NCBI GenBank assembly: GCA_008632985.1
Contig: QPGO01000164.1
Span: 124,001 to 171,322, forward strand
DNA from: Psammoneis japonica
Taxonomy: Eukaryota
DNA: 47,322 nt
Direction of reading: 5' to 3'
In this document: positions 33,525-45,499 of the stretch, one piece after another
How positions within the stretch are numbered: the first letter of the stretch is position 1
How the letters are laid out: each line of letters begins with the position of its first letter
Position numbers and translations under genes: made by a program
Notes under the pieces: model-generated
The model's database searches: none
What the model saw: only the letters and a program-made list of their open reading frames with translations
Told to the model about the DNA's origin: nothing

Positions 33525-35447
33525 ATGAAGAACCAAGCCGCCGACAAAGAATGCAAAAACAAAAACGACAAAGACGCATCGCGTGCGGATAGAACTGGTG
33601 CTTCCAGTTCCAGCATTTCCTACGCAGCGTACGCCGCTTCATTTGATGACAAGCAGCCGCAACAACGTGACGATGTAAAAGGACTACCTTCGCGTCACCA
33701 AAATGAATTTCAAAAGAAAGACCACAAGGCCGAATCTCTTGGAGAATCTGTTCTTGATAACAGCGTCATTTCCAACAAAGATCCCGGGTCTCGGTATCGA
33801 TTAAGCCAAGCACAACAAGGGCCAAAAACGGAAGCTTCAGGTGACGAAGTTGCTCTTTCTCATTTTGAGCCTACTGATACGCCGCATGATGCTGGTGTTG
33901 TTCCTGGGGCAGTTCGCGTGGCTGGTCCTGGAGTTGACTTGACCAGTGACCGTGAAGAAGATGATACCTTTGACATTGAGATGGAACAACAAGCAAATCC
34001 TACTATTGCTGATACTACTTCGTCTCAAGCACCGCAGCATCAAGGCGAAACTCTCCTGCAGGCTGAACTTGTGACACCCTCAAGCAATGATGGAAAAGAA
34101 ATGGCGTCCGCGTCGGCTATTCCTGTCCATCCTTGGAAAACCCGTTTGTCTGTTGCTGTCCTTGTCTGTATTTTAGTGGCTTTGTCAGTTGGCATCGCTG
34201 TTCCGCTTACAAAAAGGTCGTCTTCGCCTTCACCGCCAGCAACCTTGGCGCCGTCGACTTCGTTTCCAAGCAGTAGCCCTACTACAACCCCGGCGCCGAC
34301 TTCGCAAGAACAGATTACGGTCGTTGTTGGGCTCGACTCGAAGCCTCGCGAAACGGGATGGAAACTGGACTGCGACGGAACCAATAGGGCGAACTTTCCG
34401 ATTGGAGTGTATGATGAGAGGAGTGCTAATCGCAATTTGACTGCTCAGTTTCCTGTTACGGTTGGACAAGAATGTACATTTGTGTTGGAGGATGCAGGTG
34501 GCGACGGCTTAGAAGACGGGAGATTTTTCCGGATCCACTATGGACAAGTGTATTCAAGTAACGGTACTCTTTTGGCCAACGGGGACGGCAATTTCACGTC
34601 TAAAACGCAGGTCGATTTTACCATGGTAGCTCCACTGACGCAGGCTCCAACTACCTTTCCGTCAGCATCACCAACGACCACTTTCCGACCTTCTTTGGCT
34701 CCGTCAGTATCTCCGACAATATCGTTTGTGCCATCGATTTTTCCAACGAGAGATCCAACATCGCCTCCGACTGCGGCGCCAACGACTCGTCCAACTCCAG
34801 CGCCAACTCTTTTGCCAACTCAACTGCCTACTTCGGTGCCAACATTCGCCTTGACTTCACGCCCGACCCCATTTGGTACGATTATCGGTCCTCCTCCGCC
34901 ACCCGGCCCTCCGTCTCCGTCACCGCGACCCACGAGTCTTGTTGCTACTTCTCAACCAACGCCAGCTCCAACAAGCTTTCCAACAAAAGAGCCTGAAGGA
35001 TTCAAAACGATTCCTCCCACCCCATATCCAATGACACAGCATCCGACTCGGTTTCCAACTCGAGCTCCTACGCTGTCTCCAACGGTTTCGCCTACTCCAA
35101 GCATTCCTGTCAAACTCACGGTAGTGATTCAGCTGGATGAGTATCCATCGGAAACAGGGTGGAGCATGGTTTGTGACGACACGGTGTTGATAAGGGTGAA
35201 TCCCTCAACCTATGCCCGAGCAAATGAACGCGTGACAGAGGTCTTGACAACCAGAGCCGGAGCATCGTGCATGTTTGAAATTTCAGATTCATTTGGTGAT
35301 GGAATTTGTTGCAAGTTTGAAACGAGAGGCTTTTATCAATTGTTTTTTGGAGAGGACACCAGCGATAGGGCCAATCTGATTACGTCAGGTGACGAATTTG
35401 GAGCATCAGAAGCATTTCCATTTCAGGTGAGAGAGCCTGTCGGATGA
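33525..35447 (+). CDS. Single-pass membrane protein with PGAVRV motif, Pro/Thr/Ser-rich stalks and two repeats of a diatom-type extracellular domain, 640 aa
   Basis: Intact ORF; TM LSVAVLVCILVALSVGIAVPL; repeats VVVGLDSKPRETGW..DAGGDGL and VVIQLDEYPSETGW..DSFGDGICC; probable ATG at 33525. Confidence 0.88.
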   Translation: MKNQAADKECKNKNDKDASRADRTGASSSSISYAAYAASFDDKQPQQRDDVKGLPSRHQNEFQKKDHKAESLGESVLDNSVISNKDPGSRYRLSQAQQGPKTEASGDEVALSHFEPTDTPHDAGVVPGAVRVAGPGVDLTSDREEDDTFDIEMEQQANPTIADTTSSQAPQHQGETLLQAELVTPSSNDGKEMASASAIPVHPWKTRLSVAVLVCILVALSVGIAVPLTKRSSSPSPPATLAPSTSFPSSSPTTTPAPTSQEQITVVVGLDSKPRETGWKLDCDGTNRANFPIGVYDERSANRNLTAQFPVTVGQECTFVLEDAGGDGLEDGRFFRIHYGQVYSSNGTLLANGDGNFTSKTQVDFTMVAPLTQAPTTFPSASPTTTFRPSLAPSVSPTISFVPSIFPTRDPTSPPTAAPTTRPTPAPTLLPTQLPTSVPTFALTSRPTPFGTIIGPPPPPGPPSPSPRPTSLVATSQPTPAPTSFPTKEPEGFKTIPPTPYPMTQHPTRFPTRAPTLSPTVSPTPSIPVKLTVVIQLDEYPSETGWSMVCDDTVLIRVNPSTYARANERVTEVLTTRAGASCMFEISDSFGDGICCKFETRGFYQLFFGEDTSDRANLITSGDEFGASEAFPFQVREPVG

Positions 35448-38389
35448 GGTTAATACTAATCAGTCGTCGGCCAGCAGCGTTACAAGCAAGGCATGCGCAG
35501 CTGGTTCATCAGGTTCATACTGTTGCATGTCATTCATACTTACTATAATGCATAAGATGGAAATTGTTGTGAACCCCATCGTAAGTCCTGTGCCAAACCT
35601 GTCATCATTCTGTTTCATTCCTTGAGGCTCGAAGTTGGTTCTTCCCTTGGCGGAGGAGTGTTCGGCACCGTCGGCTTCGTACTTTTTTCTTGCTGATGCG
35701 ACAAGGGGGCCGCCATTGCCGTTGTTCGCAAAAATCTGCTGCTTGGCTATGATGTGTCTAAAATCAAATGTAAGATGACCACAAGTGCTTCACAATGCTA
35801 AGACAACGCACTTATGTTCCCACACATTACTCCCGTTCTCCACAGAAGTTTTTCTTATCGCCACAAGGTGACAACAATTGAGCCGTCGTGGACGCAGAAT
35901 GTCATTGTGGCACCGAAAGAAAAAATGAAGGATTCCATTTGCCCTTTCGAGCTCTGACAAAGATCGAGATTGGCGGCCCAGGTGGACAGCTAAAAAAATC
36001 TATGTAAAAAGACACAGATTTGTGCGTTTGTGCGTTTGTGTTTTCCGGAGCGGCCCACTTGCGACAGGCCTGTGTGACGCGCGCGCCGCAACATCAAGAG
36101 CTTTGCGTCGGTTGCTCTGTCAACATCTTCTGTTAAAGGGCAGCAGACTTCTTTCTGCCCTCCAAGCAGGAAGCAAAAAGAAATGGAAAGACACGCAAAA
36201 TGGTGACCACGGGCGTGCCCATCACAATTTCTTGGAGTGGAAAGAGAGTCAGGCCAATCCACAGGCTGGTCGGGAATGCCGTGAATCATGCAACAAACCG
36301 AGTCCATGGTTCTGGACAAGCCAAATGTGTGGTGTCTGCTTGACTCATCCACAGAAGCCCACTTGTCCAACATTCTCTTGCATTTTTCAATGTTTTCAAT
36401 GACTTGAGATGCACTCAGCACATTTGCAACCTCGGCTGCTTCCTTGTCAGACAATGTTTGGTTTGTGCATCAAACCAAGGCAAAGCCAATGTGACAAGAC
36501 TTCTCAAGTCTGGGTTGTGATCCACCAAGTGCTCTTGTCAAAACTGTCAAGATGAAAAACACAATCCCTTGATTGGCTCACTGTGAAACAACCCAGCATT
36601 GCAGGCATGGGCATCACCACTGAGCCACATGATGTGGTGTCGTTGTTGCTGACCACCAAAGAACTGTTCCAACTGGTCATGCTGTTGTTGGACTTGGCAA
36701 CGCAAGTGCGCCATGCCTTGACAAAAGCCACACAAATTTGGCATTGATTTGTGATGCTTTTGTTTGTGACTCCAACAATGCATCATCGTGTTCCATCCAA
36801 CTTTCAGTGGCCGTCATGACAAGAGAAGAGCAACCGTGTTCTCTTGAGAGCTCATCATGGCCTGCAAATGTGCTGTGCACAACAATCATTTCAGCTGGCT
36901 GTGAGAGAGAGCCAACCATGAGATTGTGTGGCTCTTGCTGTCATGTCATTGGACAGTGTCAGCAGACATTAGAAAGACCATCCACCACAATCGAAAAGAT
37001 CTTGTTCAGTGCAGGTTCAGCGCAAATCCTGCTTTCTTTGCACCTCAAGGGCCTTGAGCGTGCACAGGACTGCACCTCTGATGTGTCCTGCCCCCCTGGC
37101 TCCTTGCGACAGCACTTTTGCATGTGGTTCCCTCTGACACTGACAAAACTGCTGGGGCACTTGTGACCATCCTCCGATGGCTGCAAAGGTGCACGTGAGT
37201 GTGGCTTTTCCCACTGGTGTGCGTTGCCAACGGACGGAATCTGCACCTCTCGGGACTGTTTTCCTCGCGAATTGTGTTTGCTTCATAGAAGTGGCAGGAC
37301 TGCGGCGAGCGCCGGCTGCATGAAGTCAGGTGGGACTCATTCAGTCACGCATGCGCACACACCCTCCGAACGCCACTCACCATGAGAATCGGAACGGCAT
37401 TTCATGCCATTGCCAAACCTTTTCAACAACAGCAGTGCTTTAGAACAGTTTCTGCCATCACATGGAAACCATTTTCATCACTTGTTTGAAGGCAATTGCT
37501 CAATCGAAAGGTCAAAAAATGGATTTTGTAATTGCATCACCATCCGCTGCTCTTTTTCGTGTGCTGTCGCAATGCAATCGTGTTGCGCTTTCGTGTCACT
37601 GACTCGTTCTTTTTGTTTGATGCACTCATTTCATGCGCTCATGTGGGGAGCATTTCGACCATGTTAAAAGCCCTGACGAGGAACAACGGCTCTCAGTTTC
37701 ATGTCGACATTTGAGCCATTTGTCTGTGGCCGACATTTCTGCATCAATCGAAATGGGGCTGTTGCGTGTCATGCACTGTCTTTTGGATCAAGCCAAGCAA
37801 CGGATGGTCGATTTCATTGATGATGTGGATTGTGGTGTGCGTCATTTGATGGCAGACAACGGCAAGTGTATGATTTGTGGAGCTCACAACTTGCTGCCGC
37901 GAAAAATGATGATGTTCACCTCGAATGCAAGCAACTGACGACACTTTCTTGCCATTTTGCATTTTTCTTACTCACTGTTGAAAGCTTTAGGTGCTTGTTG
38001 CTTCACTGCGGTTCTACACTGCATTTTTAGCCGTCAATGTCCAACCTGTCATCTCGACTTCTCATGGTAAAAATTGGGTTGGATGACATGAATCCAGGAG
38101 GAGGTTGGGGTCAGAAAATTCGCCGGCCGGTGGTTTTGCAATCTCTTGACGGCAAGTGGCACTTTTGTGATGTGAACTCTGCTTTTTTTGTTGAGACGTG
38201 TGCCAAAAATGTTCTTTGCTCATTGTCCAAAGCTGCCAACACATCCTGCTCGATCAGGGACCCTTCCTGATCGGCGGAACAGCGGTGGCACTGATGCTTG
38301 CGGAGAAACTTCTCCACAAGCTGGTGGACACGGACAAGGAGTCGTTGCCGAGTTCATCTGAAATTGCGCAACAAGCCATCATGTGTCCA

Positions 38390-41300
38390 CAAACATGACC
38401 GGCGCACTTTCGTGTGGTGTCCTTTCAAGAGGCAGCAGTGGCCAAGGCTTTGTCAACACACTTGGAAAAGTTGCGACTCTTTTCGGTGGCTGTGAACTTG
38501 CGGCGGTGGCACTTCTAAGGAACCCCCAACACATTTCAATGCCTTCTCCTGCAATCTCACAATGGCGCTTTGGCGAGAAGATGATAGAGACAGTGCATGT
38601 CTCGTCGGATGTTTCGCCAACAAGCCATTCAAGCACTGCAAGCTCCTCTGCAAAGTCTTGACACCGTGCAAGCAAATCGGTGAGTGCAAAATCACGGTGC
38701 TCTGGCTTGACATTGCCCTCAACATCTGACCATTCCTTTGGTGCTGTGACCCGATGCTGGTCTTTCTTCTCGGGGTCAATCCAACCAGTCTCGTACAAAA
38801 TCTGAAAAACACCTTTTGGAGTGCCATCCCAGCTTTTCGTCATTGGAACAAAGTTGTCTCGATTGGAATGTTGTTTTGCCATGCAATCTCCTGCAGCCGC
38901 TCGACTTCATGCCCGCGATTCGGCTGGATTGGCCCCTTTCCGAGCAATTCATCAAAGAGTTCTGGTTTGGCACGTGGTCATTTGGTTGGTCTTGGAATTG
39001 AAGGCTCGTGTGTTGGGATTGGAGGCTTGCATTCGCGAGCGAGTTGCTGGAGCTCACCGACTTTCCTCTTGTCATCTTCGCTTGTGAGATTCCTTGCCAC
39101 TAAATCTGTTTGAGATCTGCCTTCTTCCGTCGCTTTCCCTGCTTAGGAGGCAATGGCTTTGGATGCTGCTGATCAATTTGCTCTTCCTTGCCAAGCGCCT
39201 TTGGACCATCCAGACTTGGGTCGGTTGAATTCTTTGGAAAATTGAAGGTTTGGTGGTCACCAGCCTTGAAACTGCCACCAGAAGGTTCCTCAATTTTGTC
39301 AACAAAAGGTCCAAACACATCTTCAGCAAGTGATGTGTCGCGCATTGGTGGCTGATTCCCCCCGAAACCACCGTTCATGACATTGACATTCAACGACTCC
39401 GGTCGCTTCTTGGCATGCCCCGAACTTTGGTCACACAGCAGTGCAAAATTCAACCAGGGCAGATTCCTCACAGGCAGTCAGCAACGTCTTCTGTCTGGAC
39501 TGCGGCACGCGTGTTGTTCCAATGCCCATCTTTGTCTTTTCCATGGCAAAACTTGGTAAGAAAAATGTCACGAATGTCGTCTGCAGATGCAAACTGCTTC
39601 TTCTTGCTTGAGCCAGTGTCACAGACTTCCACGGTGCTTTCTCTGTCCAAACATTCACTCTTTGCCCCAGACCAACAGCTGTTGATGCAAGCAAGGACCG
39701 TGGGAGTGATGTCCGGCAAATCAGCTCCGCCAAAGCCCATCACAAAGCCTGTGAATGCACTCAACATTGTGCCATTACCTGGACTCTTCGGCTGAATGAC
39801 AGCACTGCCCTTTGAGTCATGCCACACCCTGCTTGAAAAGGCACACTGGTTCACAATGGCTTCGTCTTGACCAACTGTGATCAATGGTGCTTGTTTGGGT
39901 CCTTTCGAACTGAGAAACTGCAGGTGAACTCAACACCTTGAAAAACTTGGGGCTTGGAAAGTGGCAGCAATGCCGCTGCATCATCAAGCACACAGAACTC
40001 CTTGCAAGCCTTCGGGAGCTTGCTTGTGGTGCTTGAGATCTCTGATTCGCAAGCTGAACCCATGTGGGCATCAGCGTTTTGTGTTCTGTGAACCAATCGA
40101 TGAACTTTTTGCAAGCTCTCACATTCTCGGGACTCTTGTGTCTGTCGCAGCAACAGTTCCAACAGCTTGTTGATGGCGGTGCCCTGGGTGAGCAAGCCAG
40201 CAAAATGCCAAAGAGTGACAAAGAGTCTTCATGCCAAACTGTGCCAACACACTCTTCTGTTTCTTTGTCATTGCGTCTTCATCGGCTTCATCTTCTTCAT
40301 CTGATTCATTGTCCGATTCATCATCGTCGCAACTTTCCGGGTCGTCCTTCTCGTTTCTTCGTGCACACGGTCTAGAAAGCTTGTTTGGAAGTGCTCCATT
40401 GCAGTGTCTGTTGAAATTGTCTGAGTGCACCTTTGCGTTGAGAACTTGCTTGACTTCCAACTTCAACTGCGGGAATGCTTGAAAGACTTGCGGCTCGCAT
40501 GCTTTCCAGTTCGCGAGTGGATGTTCGAACTTGCATTGGCGTCTGAAAGATGCATGCCAGCTCAAAAGTGTTCAACCATTTGTGATCAAACATGGGCTTG
40601 TGGGTGAATCATTGATGGCTTTGATTGTGGCGGAGGTGCAGTCTTGAAAGGCAAACCCTCTCTTTCCACCCTGCCTGCCTTGCGCTCTGTGATGCTTGTT
40701 GAGAATCATCAGGCAAAATGTCAGCATGTGCGACATCTTTCCCGAAATGTGTTGCACATCCTTGGTTGAAAGGACATCGTCCACCACACCTTCTGCCGGC
40801 TTGGTTGGCACACTTTCCAAAGGCCTCTGCAATCAAACAACTTCGGAGAGTGGGTCAACGCGTTCGTAATTGCCGTTCGGACGTGACCGCTTTTGGAATG
40901 TTGAGAAACTTGCGAGCCACATCGGACTCCAGTGCGTCAACCTTCCGTGACTTGTTGCTCTCACCTCCTCCTTCTTCTTCTGCTTGTCCTCCTTCATTCA
41001 CAGGTTGGCGTTGAGCAGATTGGGCAGCTTGGGACTTGGCAACACCGGATTGGCGTTGAGCAGCTTGGGTGGATTGGGCAGCTTGGGACTCGGCAACACC
41101 GGATTGGCTTTGAGTGGCTTGGGTGGATTTGGCAGCTTGGGACTCGGCAACACCGGATTGGCGTTGAGTGGATTGGGCAGATTCGGCTTCTTGGGACTCG
41201 GCAATGCCGGACTCGTGCATGCGAGTGCTGTCGTCTCCCCCCCCTTCTTCTCCATTCACAGGTTGGCGTTGAGCAGATTGGGCAGCTTGGAACTCGGTGT

Positions 41301-41754
41301 CACTGGATTGGCGTGTGCGAGTGCTGACACAGAACCAATCTTTCTCACACGTTTGCTGCCAACAATGCCACGGGATGTCACACGGCAACTCAACCAATGC
41401 TTTGCGCGGACACACGCAGCAGAAGAGATGGCGAGTGCAGGAGATGACACCGCTCGTCTTGTTTTTGATCTTTGTGCTTTTGATGACACTGACGATGCGA
41501 ACTTTGGTTCCGCGGATTGGATCTTTCAGGTGAGGGCCGTGTTGGGGATGCTTCTTCAATTCATTGTTCATTTGTTTTGCTGTGACATCTTTGCTCACGC
41601 CCCGGATCTGCAATTTGGTCAACCAAGCGTCCGCGCTTGCCCGGTGCCCAACGAGAGACGACGTGTTGCGTGGTTTTATCGCGTCATTGAATGCTTGATG
41701 AATCGTGCATTGTTTCGGCACCATTTTATGAAATCCACTGCATGCAATGCACAA
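38390..41754 (-). pseudogene. Degraded large DDE transposase of IS630/Tc1-like type with a long N-terminal region
   Basis: Motifs in shifting frames: VGQDEAIVNQ (D1), PKSPGNGTMLSAF, GKDKDGHWN..EDVADCL, LCDQSSGHAKKRPESLN..MNGGFGGNQPPMRDT (D2), SPKRHCEIAGEGIEMCWG (E). TIRs not located. Confidence 0.7.
40997..41291. repeat. Coding minisatellite (45-54-bp units, QRQSGVAESQAAQSTQAA-like on the minus strand)
   Basis: Units ttggcgttgag...gggactcggcaacaccgga repeated four times, plus a duplicated ttcacaggttggcgttgagcagattgggcagcttgg. Confidence 0.85.
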
Positions 41755-44311
41755 ACCCGTTCATTGGCACACATGTGAAGCCTGAGAACCAGTTGCATGC
41801 AGTGAATGTGCTTGCTGGCAAAAGTCATTTGCATCAGCATGCCATTGTCGCACCCGTCGTCATTTTTTCCCACGGTGCACCACGGTGTCCAGATGGAAGC
41901 GTCGACGAGTCCCAAGCAGGCAGGACTCAATTTCACTTGGCAAAAGTGTGGCCAGTGCACAAATCCCTTTTCTGGACATTGTGGGACACGTTAAACTTCC
42001 TGCGTCAACATGCCTGAGACACGGTGAGAAGGATGCACACCACGGGAGGATCGTCAAGCTCGTGCGCACGACTTTGGAATGCTGCGACCGCACAGGAATC
42101 TATTGGAATTCCTTGGCAACAAGAGTTGGATTCTCTTGACAGGACAGACCCAATTGATCATGCACTTGTCAATGTGAAGGGACGCCACTTCTTGATCAAG
42201 GTGACACTCGACAATTCATCTGGTTTGAAGATTTGGTCTGCCCAGACCATGTCCATGGCATCCCTTCTCGTGTCCACTGCGAAACTGAGATTTGGACCTC
42301 TGTGAATGGGTTGTCTCATCAAAGACACCATCCAGTCTTGAATCGATTGTCGCAGCAATCCTGGCATGATGTTCAAAGAGATCACGAACGGGAGATGGCG
42401 GGCGCGGGTGACACTGACGATGAGACAGCCCCTCTGCCAAGGTGCAGTCATGGATGCTGCTGGTGATGGAAATGAAATGAAGGAGGAGGTGTCGGAAATG
42501 GGTGACCAACCAAGAAGGCCATTGCCAGATTGGGGTGCTCGTCATGGGATCTCAAGAGACTCCTGCACCGAACCTCCCCAAACTCGGACTTTCTCCGTTG
42601 TCCACTGCGCCAGTGGAGAACCTCTGGCTTTCACCGCGAGCCGGTCATCCCGCCCTTCTTTCTTGCAACAAACAGAGTTTGAACCTGCTTGGATTGGCGC
42701 AATTGATCGGGAACTGAGAATGTCGATGGGTGGAAACGTTTGTTCAAAACGAACCTCCCATCTCCCCTCCAACAACACGATGCCAGTTGTGGTGAATGTC
42801 TTGCCAGTTCATCCTGAAGGAGATCAAGAGGAGGCTGAAGAAAGGAAGGACCCTGCAAGTCCTGATGGGGAGCAACAGGAATGAGGTCAGTCCCTGCGGG
42901 TCAAGAGGGCAGTCCAGAGATCGCCTGGTGCACTTTTTGCACAGAAACTGCCAGAGAGCCAATCATGCACATTCCGCACAGACGCAGTGCGAAACAGAAA
43001 GCATGGCGCTCCATCACGCGACCTCACGATGACACCACCTGACGACAACGCATCAAAATGGCGTCGTCCGTGTCTTTCTGCAGCTCCTCTTTCACTTGCC
43101 CGATTGCTCCAAAAGGGCCAGGGGAAGCTGACAAGCTTTCTCTTGCAATGGAGCAATGCAAACAAAAGTTGTTTTTCACTCCAAAATCTCAGAATGCAGT
43201 GCAACCGATTGTCAAGGCGAACTTGCACGTTGGCGGCAACAACGCCAGTTGATGTTCACTCCAGAGCAACAATGGAGATGTGGTGCCCCAACGAAGTGAA
43301 GTCTGTGCCCCCATGACAAATTTTGAAGCCAGCTCTTCTTGTTGGCATGCAATCTTTAGCTGCTTTTTAGACTTGACAAAATGATCATCTGCCCCGGCTG
43401 TCACCCTCTGAGTTTGTTGCATTGGCTGACAAACTGGGCAAGTGAGCCACATGTTTCTAGCTCACAAACTGCCTTGCAGCCAAAAGAAGCAATCCAAACC
43501 TTCAGAACAGCCACCGTGCACTGGTCTGCCGAGTCAAACTCCGCATCACTGAGTGGAGGCGGGGAGAACCATTGTCAATGCACTGTGGCGGATCTGAGCT
43601 CTTGAGAGCTTGTCCAGCTTTTGACGCCACAGCCCCAAGTCACCACATTTGTCATGAAGTCAGCCTGATGCTGTGTCTGTGACTTTGCCTCGTTTTGGAA
43701 TTGCCGCGGCCATCGCATTGCAGAGTTGACATTCTTGACAAGGAAAAGTGTTTCTGGGACACCTTGCGACGACGGAGACCCCGCAGAACAAAAGAGCAAT
43801 GCAGAAAGAGACAACACATGTGAGTCAAACGGGCAGTGATGCACAAAGCCTCAACGAAACACACAGCACGAATGGTGGTGCACAAGGTCGGTCGTGATGC
43901 AGCAGAAGCGACGCTGTCAACGCGAACCTTTGGTGAGAATTTTCACCATCAGCCACCCACATGAAGCTGTGCACTCTCGAGCTTGTCACATGCCTTGTGC
44001 TGTGACGCAAGACATTCCGTTGAAAGCACACTGCAAAGTACCTCAGAAACAACCGTGTTTTTGAAATCGGCAAAAAGCCATTGTCGTGTTGTTTTGCGTG
44101 TCATTTTGAGCCGCGAGCCAGAAACAGCCCCAAAAGTTGTTCTACAGGGCAAAATGCACTGAATCTACACAGATTTCGGTTGCACCAGGCCACGTAGAAA
44201 ATGAACGGGCCAAGAACTGTGGTGCGCCCACTTGAGGGCAACATTTGCAGTGACCCAAAGAGGCAATCGGAATCGGAACAGGTAGAAGGCAAACAGTTCC
44301 GATTCCAAGGC

Positions 44312-45479
44312 TCACAATGAAGGATCATCAGGTCCAATCTTCATCTTTCTCTTCTCCATGAATCCGATTCCGTGGCCGTCTTCTCCTCCTTTAGAGAGCA
44401 TGGTCATTGCACTACGTTCTGTTGCTGGAGATGGCTCCAAAGATGTGTCGGAGCTTGGAGATGCAGTCGGAATTGTCGATGGGACCGAGGTTGGGGAGAA
44501 CGAAGGACTTTTTGTTGGCTCAATGAGGACTTGCGGATTGGTCCAATTTCGCATCGGCTGTAGAGGGTCGAAGGGAAGAGGATTGCGACAACCAAATCTG
44601 TGCTGACTTGGAATGATTTCTCTGCACTGTTGTCTCAGATCTTTCAATGCAGCGACCATTTCAGGATTTTCATCGCAGAGATCGACAAACTCCTCGCGAT
44701 CATCTTTCAGGTTATGGAGTTCACTGGTGTGTGGCTTCCAGCTGTTGTGATGAACTTTTTCACTGCCTGCTCCTGGGTCTGGTAAAATGTTGGATTCTTG
44801 CGGGATCGATCAGATCCAAACAGGGTGTCGCTCACATCTTCACCTTCAACTAGATCCCATGGCACATCAGCGCCAGCTAGAGAAGCAACCGTGGGAAGCC
44901 AGTCGAGAGCTGAAATGAACGATTCCGCGTTCACTTTTCCTGCGGGAATATGACCCGGCCACCGCACCAGAAATGGCACCCTTATTCCTCCTTCATAGAA
45001 CGAGTGCTTCGACGTAAGGAAAATGACAGAGCAAGTGGTTTTAGAAGTGAAAGGCAATCGACGACTGGAAAGTAAATGAATCACCGTCTTTCTCTTGCCT
45101 TTCCCCCACGGAGGCCGCCAGCATACGCCGACCCCTCTATCACTTTATTTCGGTTGTCAATTTTGGCAGGACCGTTGTCGCTGGAAAGCATAACAACGGT
45201 GTTGTTGCTGAGGCCAAGTTCGTCAAGTCTCGTTAAAAGACGTCCAATCTGCATGTCCATGCCATATACTTCTCCAAGGTATACCTTCATCGAGGTATTG
45301 ACATCTCCTCCTACGTTTCTGATTCGATCAAACGTCTTTTGCATGTGCTTGCCAAACAATGTTCGATCTACTACCAGCCCATCAAACTTTTCAATCAAGT
45401 AATCTGGGGGCTCAATGGGTGAATGGACCGCATAATCCACACGTTTAGCTAGAAGGGAACATCCTTGTACTGCTTTCAT
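44312..45479 (-). pseudogene. 5'-truncated arylsulfatase-family pseudogene with a putative GC-AG intron (45007-45098) and a P/S/T-rich tail
   Basis: MDMQIGRLL..LGLSNNTVVMLSSDNGP..GLRGGK|HSFYEGGIRVPFLVRWPGHIPAG..DWLPTVASLAG..ELHNLKDD. No CxPxR N-terminal half; stop and frameshift at PF*LNVW; another frameshift near 44780. Confidence 0.8.
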
Positions 45480-45499
45480 CGTATGGTATGGTGTCGATA

